Source of the DNA: Mantamonas sphyraenae STR306
Lineage: Eukaryota; Protista; CRuMs
DNA: 64,000 bases
Direction of reading: 5' to 3'
Assembly (NCBI GenBank): GCA_026936335.1
Contig: JAPMXV010000012.1
Coordinates: 190,831-254,830 of the forward strand
Part shown: piece by piece, positions 9,387 through 20,700 of the stretch
How positions within the stretch are numbered: position 1 is the stretch's first letter
How the letters are laid out: the number at the start of each line of letters is the position of its first letter
Program-made: the position numbers and the translations under genes
Notes under the pieces: model-generated
What the model was told of the DNA's origin: nothing
The model's input: only the letters and a program-made list of their open reading frames with translations
The model's database searches: none

Positions 9387-12300
9387 ATGAGTGACACCCC
9401 AACGGGAGACTGGGACGACCAAGGCATTGTCTCTGTGCTTACGTTCAACCTGGCGGTCTCGGCTGGCGTGCTGGTGGCGTTTGCCATCCTTCGCAAGCGG
9501 CCCTGGGCGCGTGCCTGGTACGACGGCCGCGAGACCCATCTGGACTCGCCTCTGGTTACAGACATCCCCGACCGCAAGTATACATTCGAGGCCCCACTGT
9601 TGCCGTTTGGCATGGAGCTGAACAGGGACAATTGGGTGCTGTACACTCTGTTCACCCCCGAAGAACACATCCTCCGCAAGCACGGCTTTGACATCTTTGC
9701 CTTTCTCCGTTGGCAACGCTACGTCATGATGATGTTGGCCATCAACACGGTGCTGGTGCCCATCCTCATCGGCCTGAACAACGCCGGGTCCGTCAATCGC
9801 ACGCTGCAGGGAAGCGCTTACTCTCCGGGCTTCTTCGACTGGACCATTGCCAACATCGACACCGCTTCAGACACACTGTGGGCACACGTCATTGTGCTCC
9901 TGTGCATGTCTGCGTCCATCTGGTACGCCATGTACCGGTACATCACCGAGTTTGCTGCCATCCGACGCGACCATGTCTTGCAGCGCACCCAGCTCGACAA
10001 CGACGCCGTCGGCTTTGGCCGCACTGTGCTCATCGACAAGCTGGCCCCAGTGAACAACAGCGAGGAGCATCTGCTGGAGTTTGTTCAAGAGACCCTGTTC
10101 CCAGAGGCGGTCGAAGTGCAAATTGTCCGGCAGTGGCCCGATTGCGTCCAGTTGCGTGAACAGCACACCAAACTGTACTGGGATCTCGACACAGCCATCT
10201 GGCGCTACCAAAAGGAACTGGCCAAACGTGACGCCGCGGCTGTCGAGGCTGCTGCGTCTGGCGCATCCTCCTCCTCGTCTTCGGGAGGCCTTGCCGCGGG
10301 CGTGAAGAATCTGGTGGGTCCGTCCAAGGGCAAGGAGGGCAAGGAGAAGGGCAAAGACAGAGGCAAGGGCAAAGGAAAGGACAAGGACAAGGGCAAGGGC
10401 AAGGGCAAGGGCAAAGACAAAGAGAAAGACTTCAAGGCACGACGCAAGGAGGCGACGGAAGGAAACACGCGCAAGAAGAAGCGGAGCGATTCGGGAGACG
10501 AGCCCAAGGAGGGGGAGGAGCTGATTGGGGAGGACGGACGACCCAAAACGGCATTGAAGGGACCCAAGGGGGTGCGCACAGTGGACACGATCGACCTTCT
10601 GATTGCCAAGTTGCAGCTCACCGAGGAGAAGCTGAACGAACTGCAACGGGAGAAGCGTCCCTCGTCTCTGGCTGCGTTCCTGACATTCCGCTCGCAGGTG
10701 CACGCCAAACGGGCGGTGCAGAACCTCAAGTTCAACTGGCAACCCATCGACGTGGTGACCTTTGACGTGGATGAGGAGGAACGATGGTTCCAGTACCAGC
10801 AGCGCAAGCAGGAGGAGGCTGTGTGTGACAGCTGTCGTGCACGCGATCGTCGTCTTGCCGTGAGGCGTCAATCGGGCTACGGTGGCGCTTTGGACGGCGG
10901 CAAAGGAGACGACGGCGAGAGTGGGCAGGGAGTGCGTTCGGTGGACCAGGAATGCGACGCCTGTGGACGTGTGGTCAGTGCACATGACATGCAATACCAC
11001 AAGGATTACGAGTGCAGGGGAGGTAAGGGCAAGAAGAGTGTGACGTCGACGGCAGCTGTGACTAGCCCCGCGCTATCGGCGTCATCGACGAGCAGCTGTT
11101 CGTTTTGCGGCCTCATGTCGCACACGAGCGACACCTGCGAGCTTGCGCCTGCCACCTGCCCTCGCTGCGGGTTGGAAGACACATACGCACGCATTTCCAA
11201 ACATATGGCCACGCACAAGCGACATCCCTGCCAGCACTGCATGGTGGAGCTGGAACAGAGAGACATGGAAACCCACGTGCACGAAATGCACGGGTGCAGG
11301 TGGTGTGCACAGGTGCACGCCGAGGGCGAACGGTGCGACAAAGAGGGGCCTCGCAACACGCAGATGCAAACGTGTGCCAATGTTGCGCGCGGATGCAGGT
11401 ATGTGGGTGTGCACGAGGCCGTGGATGTGCATCTCGAGGAACACTGTGCCTTTCGCATGGTCACTTGTCCCACGTGCAACCGTGCAGGACCCTGGATGGA
11501 CATGCGTGTGCATCTGTTGCAAAACACCTGTGCAGGAACAGGCACCAGTCTGGTCAACGGGGCAGCCATCATGGCGCCGACCACAACCAGCAGCAGCAGC
11601 GACATTGTCGTCGACGTCGACGGCGACGAGGTCGACATGGGCCCCGCAGGCCTCACGCGTGGCATGTCACAGGATTTGGAGCGTGTGCGGCAAGTGTGTG
11701 CACGCTGTGGTGCTGCCATCGAACGACGTGTGAGCGAACTGTACGACAGCGACGACGAATCGTTGGCAGGTCCGCCCGAACCCATCTATACGAACAGTGT
11801 GTGGCACGTGGAACTGGCCAAACATCCCGACGATGTCATTTGGGAAAACTATGGCATCGACGAACGCAAGCAGGTGGCGAAAAAGTGGTTGTTCCGCGTC
11901 GCCATGCTCCTCCTCACCTTTTTCTGGCAGATTCCAATCGGCATCCTCTCCTCCCTGGAAGCCCTGAGTGCATTGCCCATTGTCGGCGGCTTCTTTTCCT
12001 TTGTGTTCAACTTTTCGCCCGGCGTGCGAGGTTTCCTGACTGCGTACTTGCCGGCCATTGTGCTCCTCGTGTTCAACATGGTCCTGCCCGCCATGATGAC
12101 CCGCTTCTCCATGTTTGAGGGCGTCCGGTCCAAGAGCCAACTGTACGACAGCACCATGACCAAGAGCTTGGGTTTCCAGGTGGTCAACACCCTGGTGCTT
12201 CCGGCTGTGGTCATTGGCGGCCTCGAAGCGCTCGCCGCCCTGCTGGGCCAGCTGGGCGCAGACCCCATTGGCCAGGGAACGCGTGTGGCTGTACAGATCA

Positions 12301-13193
12301 CCGCGCCCAAGAGTGGCTTCTTTATCGCTTTGCTGACGCAGAATGCGCTGCTTGGCAATGCACTGTCGCTCCTCAACGCCGTCGGCCTGGCAACCTACAC
12401 GTTTTTTTCGCGCCGCGAGATGAGCGACCACAAGCGGGAGGAGCTGGAGGAGGGTCCCGAGGTGGACATCAACTACGCCTACGCCGACCAGCTGGTCATG
12501 TTGGCCATCGGCATCCTGTTTTCGGTGAGCATCCCTGTCACGGTGCCGTACTGCCTGCTCTTCTTTTGCATGACCCACTTTACCAACCGCCACCAGTGTC
12601 TGTACCTGTGGAAGGCCCAGGATCTGGAGACGGATGGTCGCATGCACGTCTCTGTCTGGCGCTACGTGCTGTACTTTCTCAGCGCGCTTCAACTTGCCGC
12701 GGTGGGCAACTTTTCCGCCAAGCTTGCGCCTGCGCAGGCCTCGTCTGCCCTCATCCTGTTTTTCGGCAACGTCATGATTGCACGCTCGTGGCTCAACAAG
12801 AGCATCAAGCACATCTTTGACCAGGACAAGGTGGTGGAGCTGTTTGAGGTGGAACAGGTCAACCGCATGACCGCCGAGGGCGAGCTCGACGCCTTTCACG
12901 AAAACGGCGCCTATCTGCACCCGGGCCTCAAGCAAGTCGAACACATCGTCAGCCAAGAATGGCTCGATCTGCGTTCCCCAGGCTTTGGTATCCTCAAGGA
13001 GGAGGTGGCCAGCGACGGCGGTCTCCTCGGCCTTGTTGGCAGCGTCGGCAACGTTGGCAAGGAGGTGCTGCAACTGACCAAGATCACAGGGAAAAAGGGG
13101 GCCGAGGGTGACGATGGTGAGGAGGATGAGGATGATGAAGACGTCGAGGCGCGTGCGGGAGGGAGGCGAGGGCGCGGCCGCGGGGCGCGCTGA
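9387..13193 (+). CDS. OSCA/TMEM63 (CSC1-like) channel with a ~350-aa Cys/His-rich insertion
   Basis: N-terminal TM..AILRKR, HGFDIFAFLR, WTIANI, LWAHV, RTVLI, AFLTF, AKHPDDVIWEN, and a C-terminal multi-TM region with YAYADQL and LETDGRM. Confidence 0.92.
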   Translation: MSDTPTGDWDDQGIVSVLTFNLAVSAGVLVAFAILRKRPWARAWYDGRETHLDSPLVTDIPDRKYTFEAPLLPFGMELNRDNWVLYTLFTPEEHILRKHGFDIFAFLRWQRYVMMMLAINTVLVPILIGLNNAGSVNRTLQGSAYSPGFFDWTIANIDTASDTLWAHVIVLLCMSASIWYAMYRYITEFAAIRRDHVLQRTQLDNDAVGFGRTVLIDKLAPVNNSEEHLLEFVQETLFPEAVEVQIVRQWPDCVQLREQHTKLYWDLDTAIWRYQKELAKRDAAAVEAAASGASSSSSSGGLAAGVKNLVGPSKGKEGKEKGKDRGKGKGKDKDKGKGKGKGKDKEKDFKARRKEATEGNTRKKKRSDSGDEPKEGEELIGEDGRPKTALKGPKGVRTVDTIDLLIAKLQLTEEKLNELQREKRPSSLAAFLTFRSQVHAKRAVQNLKFNWQPIDVVTFDVDEEERWFQYQQRKQEEAVCDSCRARDRRLAVRRQSGYGGALDGGKGDDGESGQGVRSVDQECDACGRVVSAHDMQYHKDYECRGGKGKKSVTSTAAVTSPALSASSTSSCSFCGLMSHTSDTCELAPATCPRCGLEDTYARISKHMATHKRHPCQHCMVELEQRDMETHVHEMHGCRWCAQVHAEGERCDKEGPRNTQMQTCANVARGCRYVGVHEAVDVHLEEHCAFRMVTCPTCNRAGPWMDMRVHLLQNTCAGTGTSLVNGAAIMAPTTTSSSSDIVVDVDGDEVDMGPAGLTRGMSQDLERVRQVCARCGAAIERRVSELYDSDDESLAGPPEPIYTNSVWHVELAKHPDDVIWENYGIDERKQVAKKWLFRVAMLLLTFFWQIPIGILSSLEALSALPIVGGFFSFVFNFSPGVRGFLTAYLPAIVLLVFNMVLPAMMTRFSMFEGVRSKSQLYDSTMTKSLGFQVVNTLVLPAVVIGGLEALAALLGQLGADPIGQGTRVAVQITAPKSGFFIALLTQNALLGNALSLLNAVGLATYTFFSRREMSDHKREELEEGPEVDINYAYADQLVMLAIGILFSVSIPVTVPYCLLFFCMTHFTNRHQCLYLWKAQDLETDGRMHVSVWRYVLYFLSALQLAAVGNFSAKLAPAQASSALILFFGNVMIARSWLNKSIKHIFDQDKVVELFEVEQVNRMTAEGELDAFHENGAYLHPGLKQVEHIVSQEWLDLRSPGFGILKEEVASDGGLLGLVGSVGNVGKEVLQLTKITGKKGAEGDDGEEDEDDEDVEARAGGRRGRGRGAR

Positions 13194-13225
13194 GCAAACC
13201 ACGAATAGACGAATTTGGGCTTGGA

Positions 13226-15184
13226 ATGCAGCGGAGGAAAATCCGCGTGGATTCTGCCGCTGTGGAAGGGGCTCATGGGGCCGATGATGCACGTTGGGAT
13301 CTGCCGTTTGGGTCTGGGTACGCGGAGCTCGTGCGCAAAGAACTTGTCCCGATCTCCCCGTATTCGCCTGTGCAGATGTCCAAAATGCAGCTGCTTGGCA
13401 AGGTCCTCATGCACAAGGTGCACGTGCTTGCATACGCGCTGTGCATTGGGCTTTGTGGTGCACCTCTTATCTATGCTATTGGGTTTACGTGGCGGCGTTT
13501 GCAGGTGGCTCCGAGCGGCCGTGGGAAGTCGCCGGATGAGATTCTCCTCACCCTCGCCTACTTCACTCTGCTCGCCCTCGTCAGCACCGTTGGCACATGG
13601 AACTATCTGTGGTACCAATGGTTCACGTACTGGAAGGTTTCCATCACACGCTACATGGGAAAGAAGGTCGTTTACGCGTCCGTGCTGTACAACTTGACTG
13701 GCGGCCTCTTTGTGGCCTTTGTGGTCGCGTATGGAGACGTGCGCACGGAAGATCTGGAATTGGTTCTGGCCATGTATCTCCTTCCTGTGGCCGTGGGGCA
13801 GGCGGTGACGCTGTGGCAGCTTGAACGTGGAGGTCTCCGTGGGGCCTTCCGTTTTGGGTTTCCCTTTGTGATCCTGTTTGCTCTGGTGGGATATGTGTAC
13901 TTCCCCACCCTGCCCACATGGTTTGTAGAGGCAGAGAGCGACGTGGGACGTGCGCTACTGCGTCTGTTTGCACACCCGCTGATGCTGGAGGTGGTGGCGG
14001 TGGCCGCTAGGGTGCTTGCACGCTACTACATGCGGGAAATGGGGGCGCAACACGCAGAGGCATGGGTGTTTAGCATCATGATGTTTGCATCGTTGTTTGG
14101 GCGATTCCTGGTGTCCCAGTTCTCCACTTTCGAGTACGTGGTGGCCGTGAGCATCCTTCTCTCTTTGGAGGACGCATTGCTGAGGCATTCAATCCGCATG
14201 CGCGACTATAGCGTGTACTATTGGATGCGGTATGGCAGGCGGCGGGCGGTGGAGATGCTGGATTGGGACAAGAAGGCTTTGTACTCGACGTCACCGCTGC
14301 GGGAGCATGTGGACGAGTGTGTGCTGCCCACCTTTGAGGACAAGTTGGTCAATGCAGACGAAACGTCTGAACTCACGGCGGTGATGATGAGTGTGGTGCT
14401 TGTGGATGCGTTTGGGATCACCACGAACGGGCAGATGCCCACGCCGCAGTCGCTTGTGGAGCTTGCGCTGCTGCAGATTGTGCTCGAATTTGGCGTGGAA
14501 CTTGTGTCTAGCGTGCTTGCTGTGCTGGTGGGCCACAAGGTGTGGATGCGCGTGCACGCTCAACTGCAGGACGAGCACGTGGCTGAGGCGGCCAGCAGCA
14601 GCTCACTGGACAAAGAACTCGGAGTGGTGGAAATGGGAGTCATGTCCAACGGACGCGCCTCGGTGACATCCCACGCTCGGTCGCCTGTGGTGGCCGGCAG
14701 GCGAATGCATCATTCACAGACGTGGACCGAAGACCAGCAAGGTGCCTCTGGAACACCGCCCACCGCACAGAGTCTCGGCGCAGGCGACGAAGCAGACACA
14801 CCGAATCGCAACGAAGCCAATGGTCACGATGGCGAGGGGGAACATGGCACAGGTGAGGAGGAGGAGGAGGAGGCGGAGGAGGAGGAACCGGAGGAGCAGG
14901 CCAGCAATCGCCTTCTCTTTGCAAGCAAGACCGTGTCGCAGCGTTGCAACCTGTCCAAGTGGGAATCACAAGTGTGGAGGTCAATCAGCTACCAAGTGCG
15001 TCTGGTGAATGCCTGGCCTGAGCTGTATCTGTACAAAACGCCCAGGTTCGGCTTCCTGTGGCTTGTCATGCCCTTTGGGGTGTACACCATCGGCTACATT
15101 GCCACCAACTTTCTGCCGTCGTTTCTATGCGCGGTTGTGAGCGATGGGGTCATTCTGTCAGCGCCGTGTGATTTGGTCTCGTGA
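13226..15184 (+). CDS. Uncharacterised multi-pass membrane protein (~10 TM segments)
   Basis: 652-aa ORF with many hydrophobic segments and an acidic loop. No family recognised. Confidence 0.75.
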   Translation: MQRRKIRVDSAAVEGAHGADDARWDLPFGSGYAELVRKELVPISPYSPVQMSKMQLLGKVLMHKVHVLAYALCIGLCGAPLIYAIGFTWRRLQVAPSGRGKSPDEILLTLAYFTLLALVSTVGTWNYLWYQWFTYWKVSITRYMGKKVVYASVLYNLTGGLFVAFVVAYGDVRTEDLELVLAMYLLPVAVGQAVTLWQLERGGLRGAFRFGFPFVILFALVGYVYFPTLPTWFVEAESDVGRALLRLFAHPLMLEVVAVAARVLARYYMREMGAQHAEAWVFSIMMFASLFGRFLVSQFSTFEYVVAVSILLSLEDALLRHSIRMRDYSVYYWMRYGRRRAVEMLDWDKKALYSTSPLREHVDECVLPTFEDKLVNADETSELTAVMMSVVLVDAFGITTNGQMPTPQSLVELALLQIVLEFGVELVSSVLAVLVGHKVWMRVHAQLQDEHVAEAASSSSLDKELGVVEMGVMSNGRASVTSHARSPVVAGRRMHHSQTWTEDQQGASGTPPTAQSLGAGDEADTPNRNEANGHDGEGEHGTGEEEEEEAEEEEPEEQASNRLLFASKTVSQRCNLSKWESQVWRSISYQVRLVNAWPELYLYKTPRFGFLWLVMPFGVYTIGYIATNFLPSFLCAVVSDGVILSAPCDLVS

Positions 15185-15212
15185 AGGGCGCAATGGAAAC
15201 CACCATTTCGGC

Positions 15213-16318
15213 ATGCATGGTGTTCACTACACATGGGTTGCGCTCGGATTGTTGCTAGGGGCCCTTGTAGCGTGTGCATGGGCTGAACAGGCGGACACCG
15301 GGAGCAGTCCTACGCCTGTGGCGGCAGCAAGCACACGGCCAATTCCGAGTGCCACGGCGGCCACGTCGATGCAGGCGTCCAAGCGGTCGGCCATGTACAC
15401 CGACTCGGAGGGACGACATGTATATTCACAGGAGTTTCAGGCAACGCGTGTTGTGGATGGGGTCACGTACACGTATTCGAATAAGCGGGGTAGGTTGTGT
15501 GTGAGTGCCACGTGGGGGTGCCAGGCGCCCCCTCAACTCCCGGCTGTCCACAGTGGGCCACACACACACGCTGACAAGACACGCAATGCGGTGTGGCAAC
15601 CACAGGGCAAGAGACAATCCGGGTCAAGGGAAAGGTGCCCGAAGAGTTTGATTACGAGGAGATCCTGCGGTCGTTCCGGCAGCTGGTTGGCGCAAACTCG
15701 GATGACGCAACCAAGGCGGGCGGAACGGCGGAAACGACGGCAGACGGCAAACAAAGGCCACACAACAGAGGGACAGGAATCAATAAGGAGGACAGCAATG
15801 GACAGGGCCATGGAGATGACAAGAGTGGCCACACAGACACAGGGACGGCTGAAAAGGCAGGGGCCAGAGACAAGGGCTCCCTGAGTGAAACGGACGACTC
15901 GTTGGGCTCGCTGTACGAACAGGTGAGCACATTCTTTGGGGCATCCGGCGACTTTTCGGCGCCTCTGCTGGACCAGCATGAGCTGGACACTCGGCGGCTG
16001 ATTGTGGAAGCGGACAAGAAGCGACACGAGGAGGAGCTGGAACGGGTGAAGAATGACCTGCACGAAATCCTGACGGAATACGAAATCCTGCGCAAGCGAC
16101 AGGCGGAATTGGGTCGGTGGCTGCGTGACCATCATAATGAGGGCATGGAGGCGTATCCCAACGTCAAGGAGCTGGTGGAAACCGAAGGCGAACGGTTGCA
16201 CCTCTTGGAACACAGGCTAAAGAAGATGCGACTCAAGCTGCGCACACGCAAGGCGTACCTCCTTGCCGTGATTGAACGCACGCGGGACCAGCTGCGCCAA
16301 TTGGACAATGGGACGTGA
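15213..16318 (+). CDS. Secreted/ER-lumenal coiled-coil protein; intron 15490-15605
   Basis: Signal peptide MHGVHYTWVALGLLLGALVACAWA. A GTAGGT...GCTGAC...CAG intron joins NKRG to QETIRV. Helical C-terminus. Confidence 0.75.
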
Positions 16319-16367
16319 GAAACCAAGCACGCGCATCATCGCCCAAAACAAACACACCTTTTCGATC

Positions 16368-17691
16368 ATGTGGGTTTTGCTTGTTGGCAACTTCGGGGGG
16401 GGGGGGGGGGACGTACAGGAGAGACCCATTGTTCGTGTCGTTGGGTGCATGGAAAGTGTGCCTGGTGGTTGGGCTCACGCGAGAGGGCGTGGATTCGGGA
16501 GTGGATTCCGGCAATGGCCAACCCACACGACCAATTTTCGCCTGGCTGACACCCACCCACCCACCCACACACGCTCGTGCGCTTCTTCCTCGCAGGAAGC
16601 TTCTGGCGTTGACGATCTGCAGCAAGCCGCGTAGTGGCGACGTCGAACTGCTGAAGGGCGCATACCAGCTGGACGACTTTGGCTGGCTTCAGCGAGGGAG
16701 GTACGTTTGACGCGGTTTGCTCCGCGCCTGTACACGGGCGTATGCCATGCCTTTGTGCACAGCGTGCACACACACGTGTTCACAGACCTGTAGCGTGCAA
16801 GCAACGTCCATGTGCGAGGGTGTGCACATGCTGTGTGGCCTGCTGCACGGTGCAAGGCGCTTCTGGAGTCCGGTCTCTCGGCGAATTCGCACTCTTTGAC
16901 GCCGAGCAGCCTGGACCGTGGCACATATGCACGCGCAGGCCAACAATGTCGGCAACCTCGATGTCATTGTGTCCTTTTCTGTGTGCTTGTATAGTGTGCA
17001 CGTGACCATGGCGCTGCGGGAGCGCACTGTGTTTGGACGCAAACTCACCCCCGGGCCCCCCTCTCCCCACCTACCCACACCTGCCCCACCCTCCACAGCG
17101 TGAAGGAGTGGATGATTTTCATCTCCAAGACCCTCATCGACAACGGCGAGGCCGGTGTGCGTTCCAGCACCACCGAAAAGGGTATGTGGAACTCCACCTG
17201 CCACCACCACCATTGTCGTTGTGGTACTGACCAGGCACACACTCGTACACTCGTACACACACACACACACACACACACGCCACACAGAATATGTCATCCA
17301 CGCACACACACGCTTGGATGGGTTCGGCGTGGTGGCCATCTGCGACGACGAGTACCCTCAGCGTTCTGCGTTTACGATGCTGCAGAAGCTGGGCGATGCG
17401 TTCCTGGAGGCGTGCGGCGGCTCGGACGTGAGCGGAGGCGCAGACGTGTCCTTCCCAGAGATTGACGAGGCGCTGGAGGAATATCAGGACCCGGGAAAGG
17501 GGGATTCCTTGTACAAAGTGCAGCAGGAGATCGAGGAGACCAAGATCATTCTGCACAAGACCATTGATTCGGCCCTGCAGCGTGGCCAGAAGATTGACGA
17601 CCTCGTCGACAAGAGCGACGACCTCAGCGCTCAGTCGCGCATGTTTTACAAGCAGGCCAAAAAGACAAACTCGTGCTGTGTGCTCCAATGA
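16368..17691 (+). CDS. YKT6: Longin R-SNARE Ykt6; introns 16370-16595, 16701-17098, 17182-17287
   Basis: Spliced product MKLLALTIC...LLKGAYQLDDFGWLQRGSVKEWMIF...DDEYPQR...ETKIILHKTIDSALQRGQKIDDLVDKS..LS.QSRMFYKQAKKTNSCCVLQ, ending in CCAAX. Confidence 0.96.
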
Positions 17692-17773
17692 GGGCACCAG
17701 AGGCAAAAAGGGTGGCTTTGGCGAAGCTGCGCCCCGTCCCGCAACAAAATCCACAACCGACCACACACACATC

Positions 17774-20700
17774 ATGGACATTGATACCACATCGTCATCG
17801 TCTTCGTCGTCTTCCTCTGTCGTCGACGACAGCATGGCCAGCATGGCTGTGGAGGTGACTGAGCAGGAATCAACCGCGGCGCCGACGTTCACGGACGGAC
17901 GCCGCCTGATGATCACAAAGATGGTTATGGAGAACTTCAAGTCGTATGCAGGCATCCAAGAGGTTGGCCCGTTCCACAAGGTATGTCTCGTCTGCGCTGC
18001 ATGTCCCTCTGTGCGCGTGTGGACCCCTGCTCGTTTGCGCGCCCTTTTTTCAATCTGACGTCTGCCGCAAAAATCCGCGCTGACACCAAACGTCCCCTGC
18101 GTGCCCCTGTGTCTGCCGAATGCGCCATGGCCTGCTTGTTCACACCCGCATGTAGTGCTTCTCTTCGGTGGTGGGCCCCAACGGCTCGGGCAAGTCCAAC
18201 CTGATTGACGCCATGCTCTTTGTGTTTGGCAAGCGCGCCAGCCAGATCCGCCTGAAGAAGGTCAGCGAGCTCATTCACAAGAGCGAGAACCACCGCAACT
18301 TTGAGCACGCCAAGGTCGAGGTGCACTTTCAAATGATCATCGACACGGACAGTGACGACGAGGTAAGTCCCATCGCAACCGCAGAAACACTGAGGTCTGC
18401 GAGTGCGCGGTTGGCGCCAAAATCGCGCAACGGGCGGATTTGGAGTTTGCCCGGAAGTCAGGATCCGGCTGACACGCGATACCTGCGCACATGACAGGAG
18501 GCCTACGAGGTGGTGCCGGACTCTGAGTTTACGGTGTCGCGTGTGGCATACAAGAACAACTCGAGCAAGTACTTTGTGAACGGCAAGACGTCGTCGTTTG
18601 CGGAAGTGACGAAGCTGCTGAAGAAGTGGGGAGTGGATCTGGACAACAACCGCTTCCTCATCCTGCAGGGCGAGGTGGAGCAGATTTCGCTGATGAAGCC
18701 GCTGGAGCTGCTGGCATACTTGGAAGACATCATTGGCTCGAACAAGCTGGTGGAGCAGATTGAGGCGCTGGGCACGCAGGTGGAAGAAGCAAACGAGGAG
18801 CGCGCCTCCAAGTTGCACCGCGTCAAAGTGACGGAGAAGGAGCGTGACTCGCTGGAGGGAGCCAAGCTGGAGGCAGAGCGATTCCAGGCGCAGCAGCGCG
18901 AGGTGAGCAGCAAGCGTGCGATTGTGTACCAAATCAACGCGAGCAAGAGCCAGAACAGCATCGAAGAGGCAGCCAACAAGCTGACTGAGGCCGAGGATGC
19001 GGTGAAGGAGATCCAAGCCTCGATGCAGGAGGAGGCCGAGTCGCGCAAGGAGATCGAAAGCCGCTTCAAGGTGCAGAAGGACGAGCAAGAGGCGCTGCAG
19101 AAGGAGCTGGACAAGATCGAGGCGGACTACAAAGAGTTTGAGTGCAACGACGTGCGCCTGCGCCAGGAGATTGTGCACAGTCGCAACCAGCAGAAGAAGC
19201 TCAAGGCGAGCATCAAGAGCAAGAGCAAGTCGATTGTGGAGCATGGCAACGCCATCGACCAGGCTCAGGCGAGCATCGAGGCTCTGGAGGGCCAGCAGAA
19301 CGAGGTGGAAGAGGTGCTGCGTGTGGAACAGGCGGCACTGGACGAGCTGTACCAGGAGGTCAAGGCCGAGACGGCAGGTCTGCAGGAGCAGGTGGAGGCC
19401 AAGCAGCAGGAGCTGAAGCCCTTTGCGGCCGAGTACGCAGAGATCAAGGCGGTGGTGGACGTCATGCAGGCGGAACACGACCTGTTGGAACAAAAGGTGG
19501 AGGGACCGGCCAAGGAGCTGGCAGCCACGCAGGAGGAGGCGGCCAAGAACGAGGCGGCGCTGGAGGCGGCTCGCGAGAAGCACAGCAAGCTGAGCGAGGC
19601 ACTGGCACGCGACGAGGCGGCCCTGGGCGAGGCACAGAGCGAATTGGAGCAGGTGCAGGCGCAGGAGGGCGAGGTGGCGGCAGAGGTGAAGGAGCTGTCG
19701 GCCTCGGTGGCAGACACAAAAGCGGCGCTGGCGGCGGCCAAGAGCCGCTCGGGGGTGATCAAAACGCTGATGGCGGCGCAGAAGAAGGGCAAACTGAGCG
19801 GCATTGTGGGACGGCTGGGCGACTTGGGTGAGATCGATGCGGCGTACGACGTTGCCGTGTCGACGGCGTGCGGGGCCCTGGACCACATTGTGGTGGAGAG
19901 CACAGACGAGGCACAGGCGTGCGTGGAGTACCTGAAGAGCAAGCAGGCGGGCATGGCCTCGTTCATCATCCTGGAGAAGCTGGCGTACCTGGAGGAGCGC
20001 GTGGCACGCGAGGTCAAGGTGCCCTCGGGAGCCGACCGCCTCTTTGACCTGATTGAGCCCGAGGAGGAGAGCCTGCGTGTGGCTTTCTACTTTGGCGTGC
20101 GCGACACGCTGGTGGCCAAGGATCTGGAGACGGCGACAAAGATTTCGTTTGGCAAGAGCAAGCGCTGGCGTGTGGTGACGCAGGCGGGCGAGTTGATCGA
20201 CACGAGCGGTGTGCCATGACGGGCGGAGGCAACAAGGTGCACAAGGGCGGCATGCGCGTGCACGGCAGCAGCTCGGCAGCGGCGGCGGCAGGCAGCAGCA
20301 AGAAGGGCGGTGCACGCCGTGGACGCAAGGGAGGCGACGCCATGGAAGTGGACGAGGTGAGCGAAAAGGACGTGGCACGCATGGAGGCACGTCTTGGCGA
20401 GGCGCAGGCAGAGCTGGAGGAGATCCGGCAGCGCAAGGCGGACGTGGAGGTGAACCTGATGCAGCTGAGCACACGGGTCAACAAGACGCTGCCCACAGAG
20501 CTGTCGATTGTGGCCATGGACATCGAGTCGCTGGAAGCGCGACAGGCGGACTTGGAGTCGCGCCTGGGCGAGCTGGAGGCACTGGTGGCGGAGCACAGCG
20601 CGGACGCAGAGGAGGAGGAGCGCATGGCGGAGCTGAAGAAGGGCCTGGCCAAGGAGGGCAAGAAGCTGGACAAGGCGAGCAAGAAGATGGAAACGCTGCA

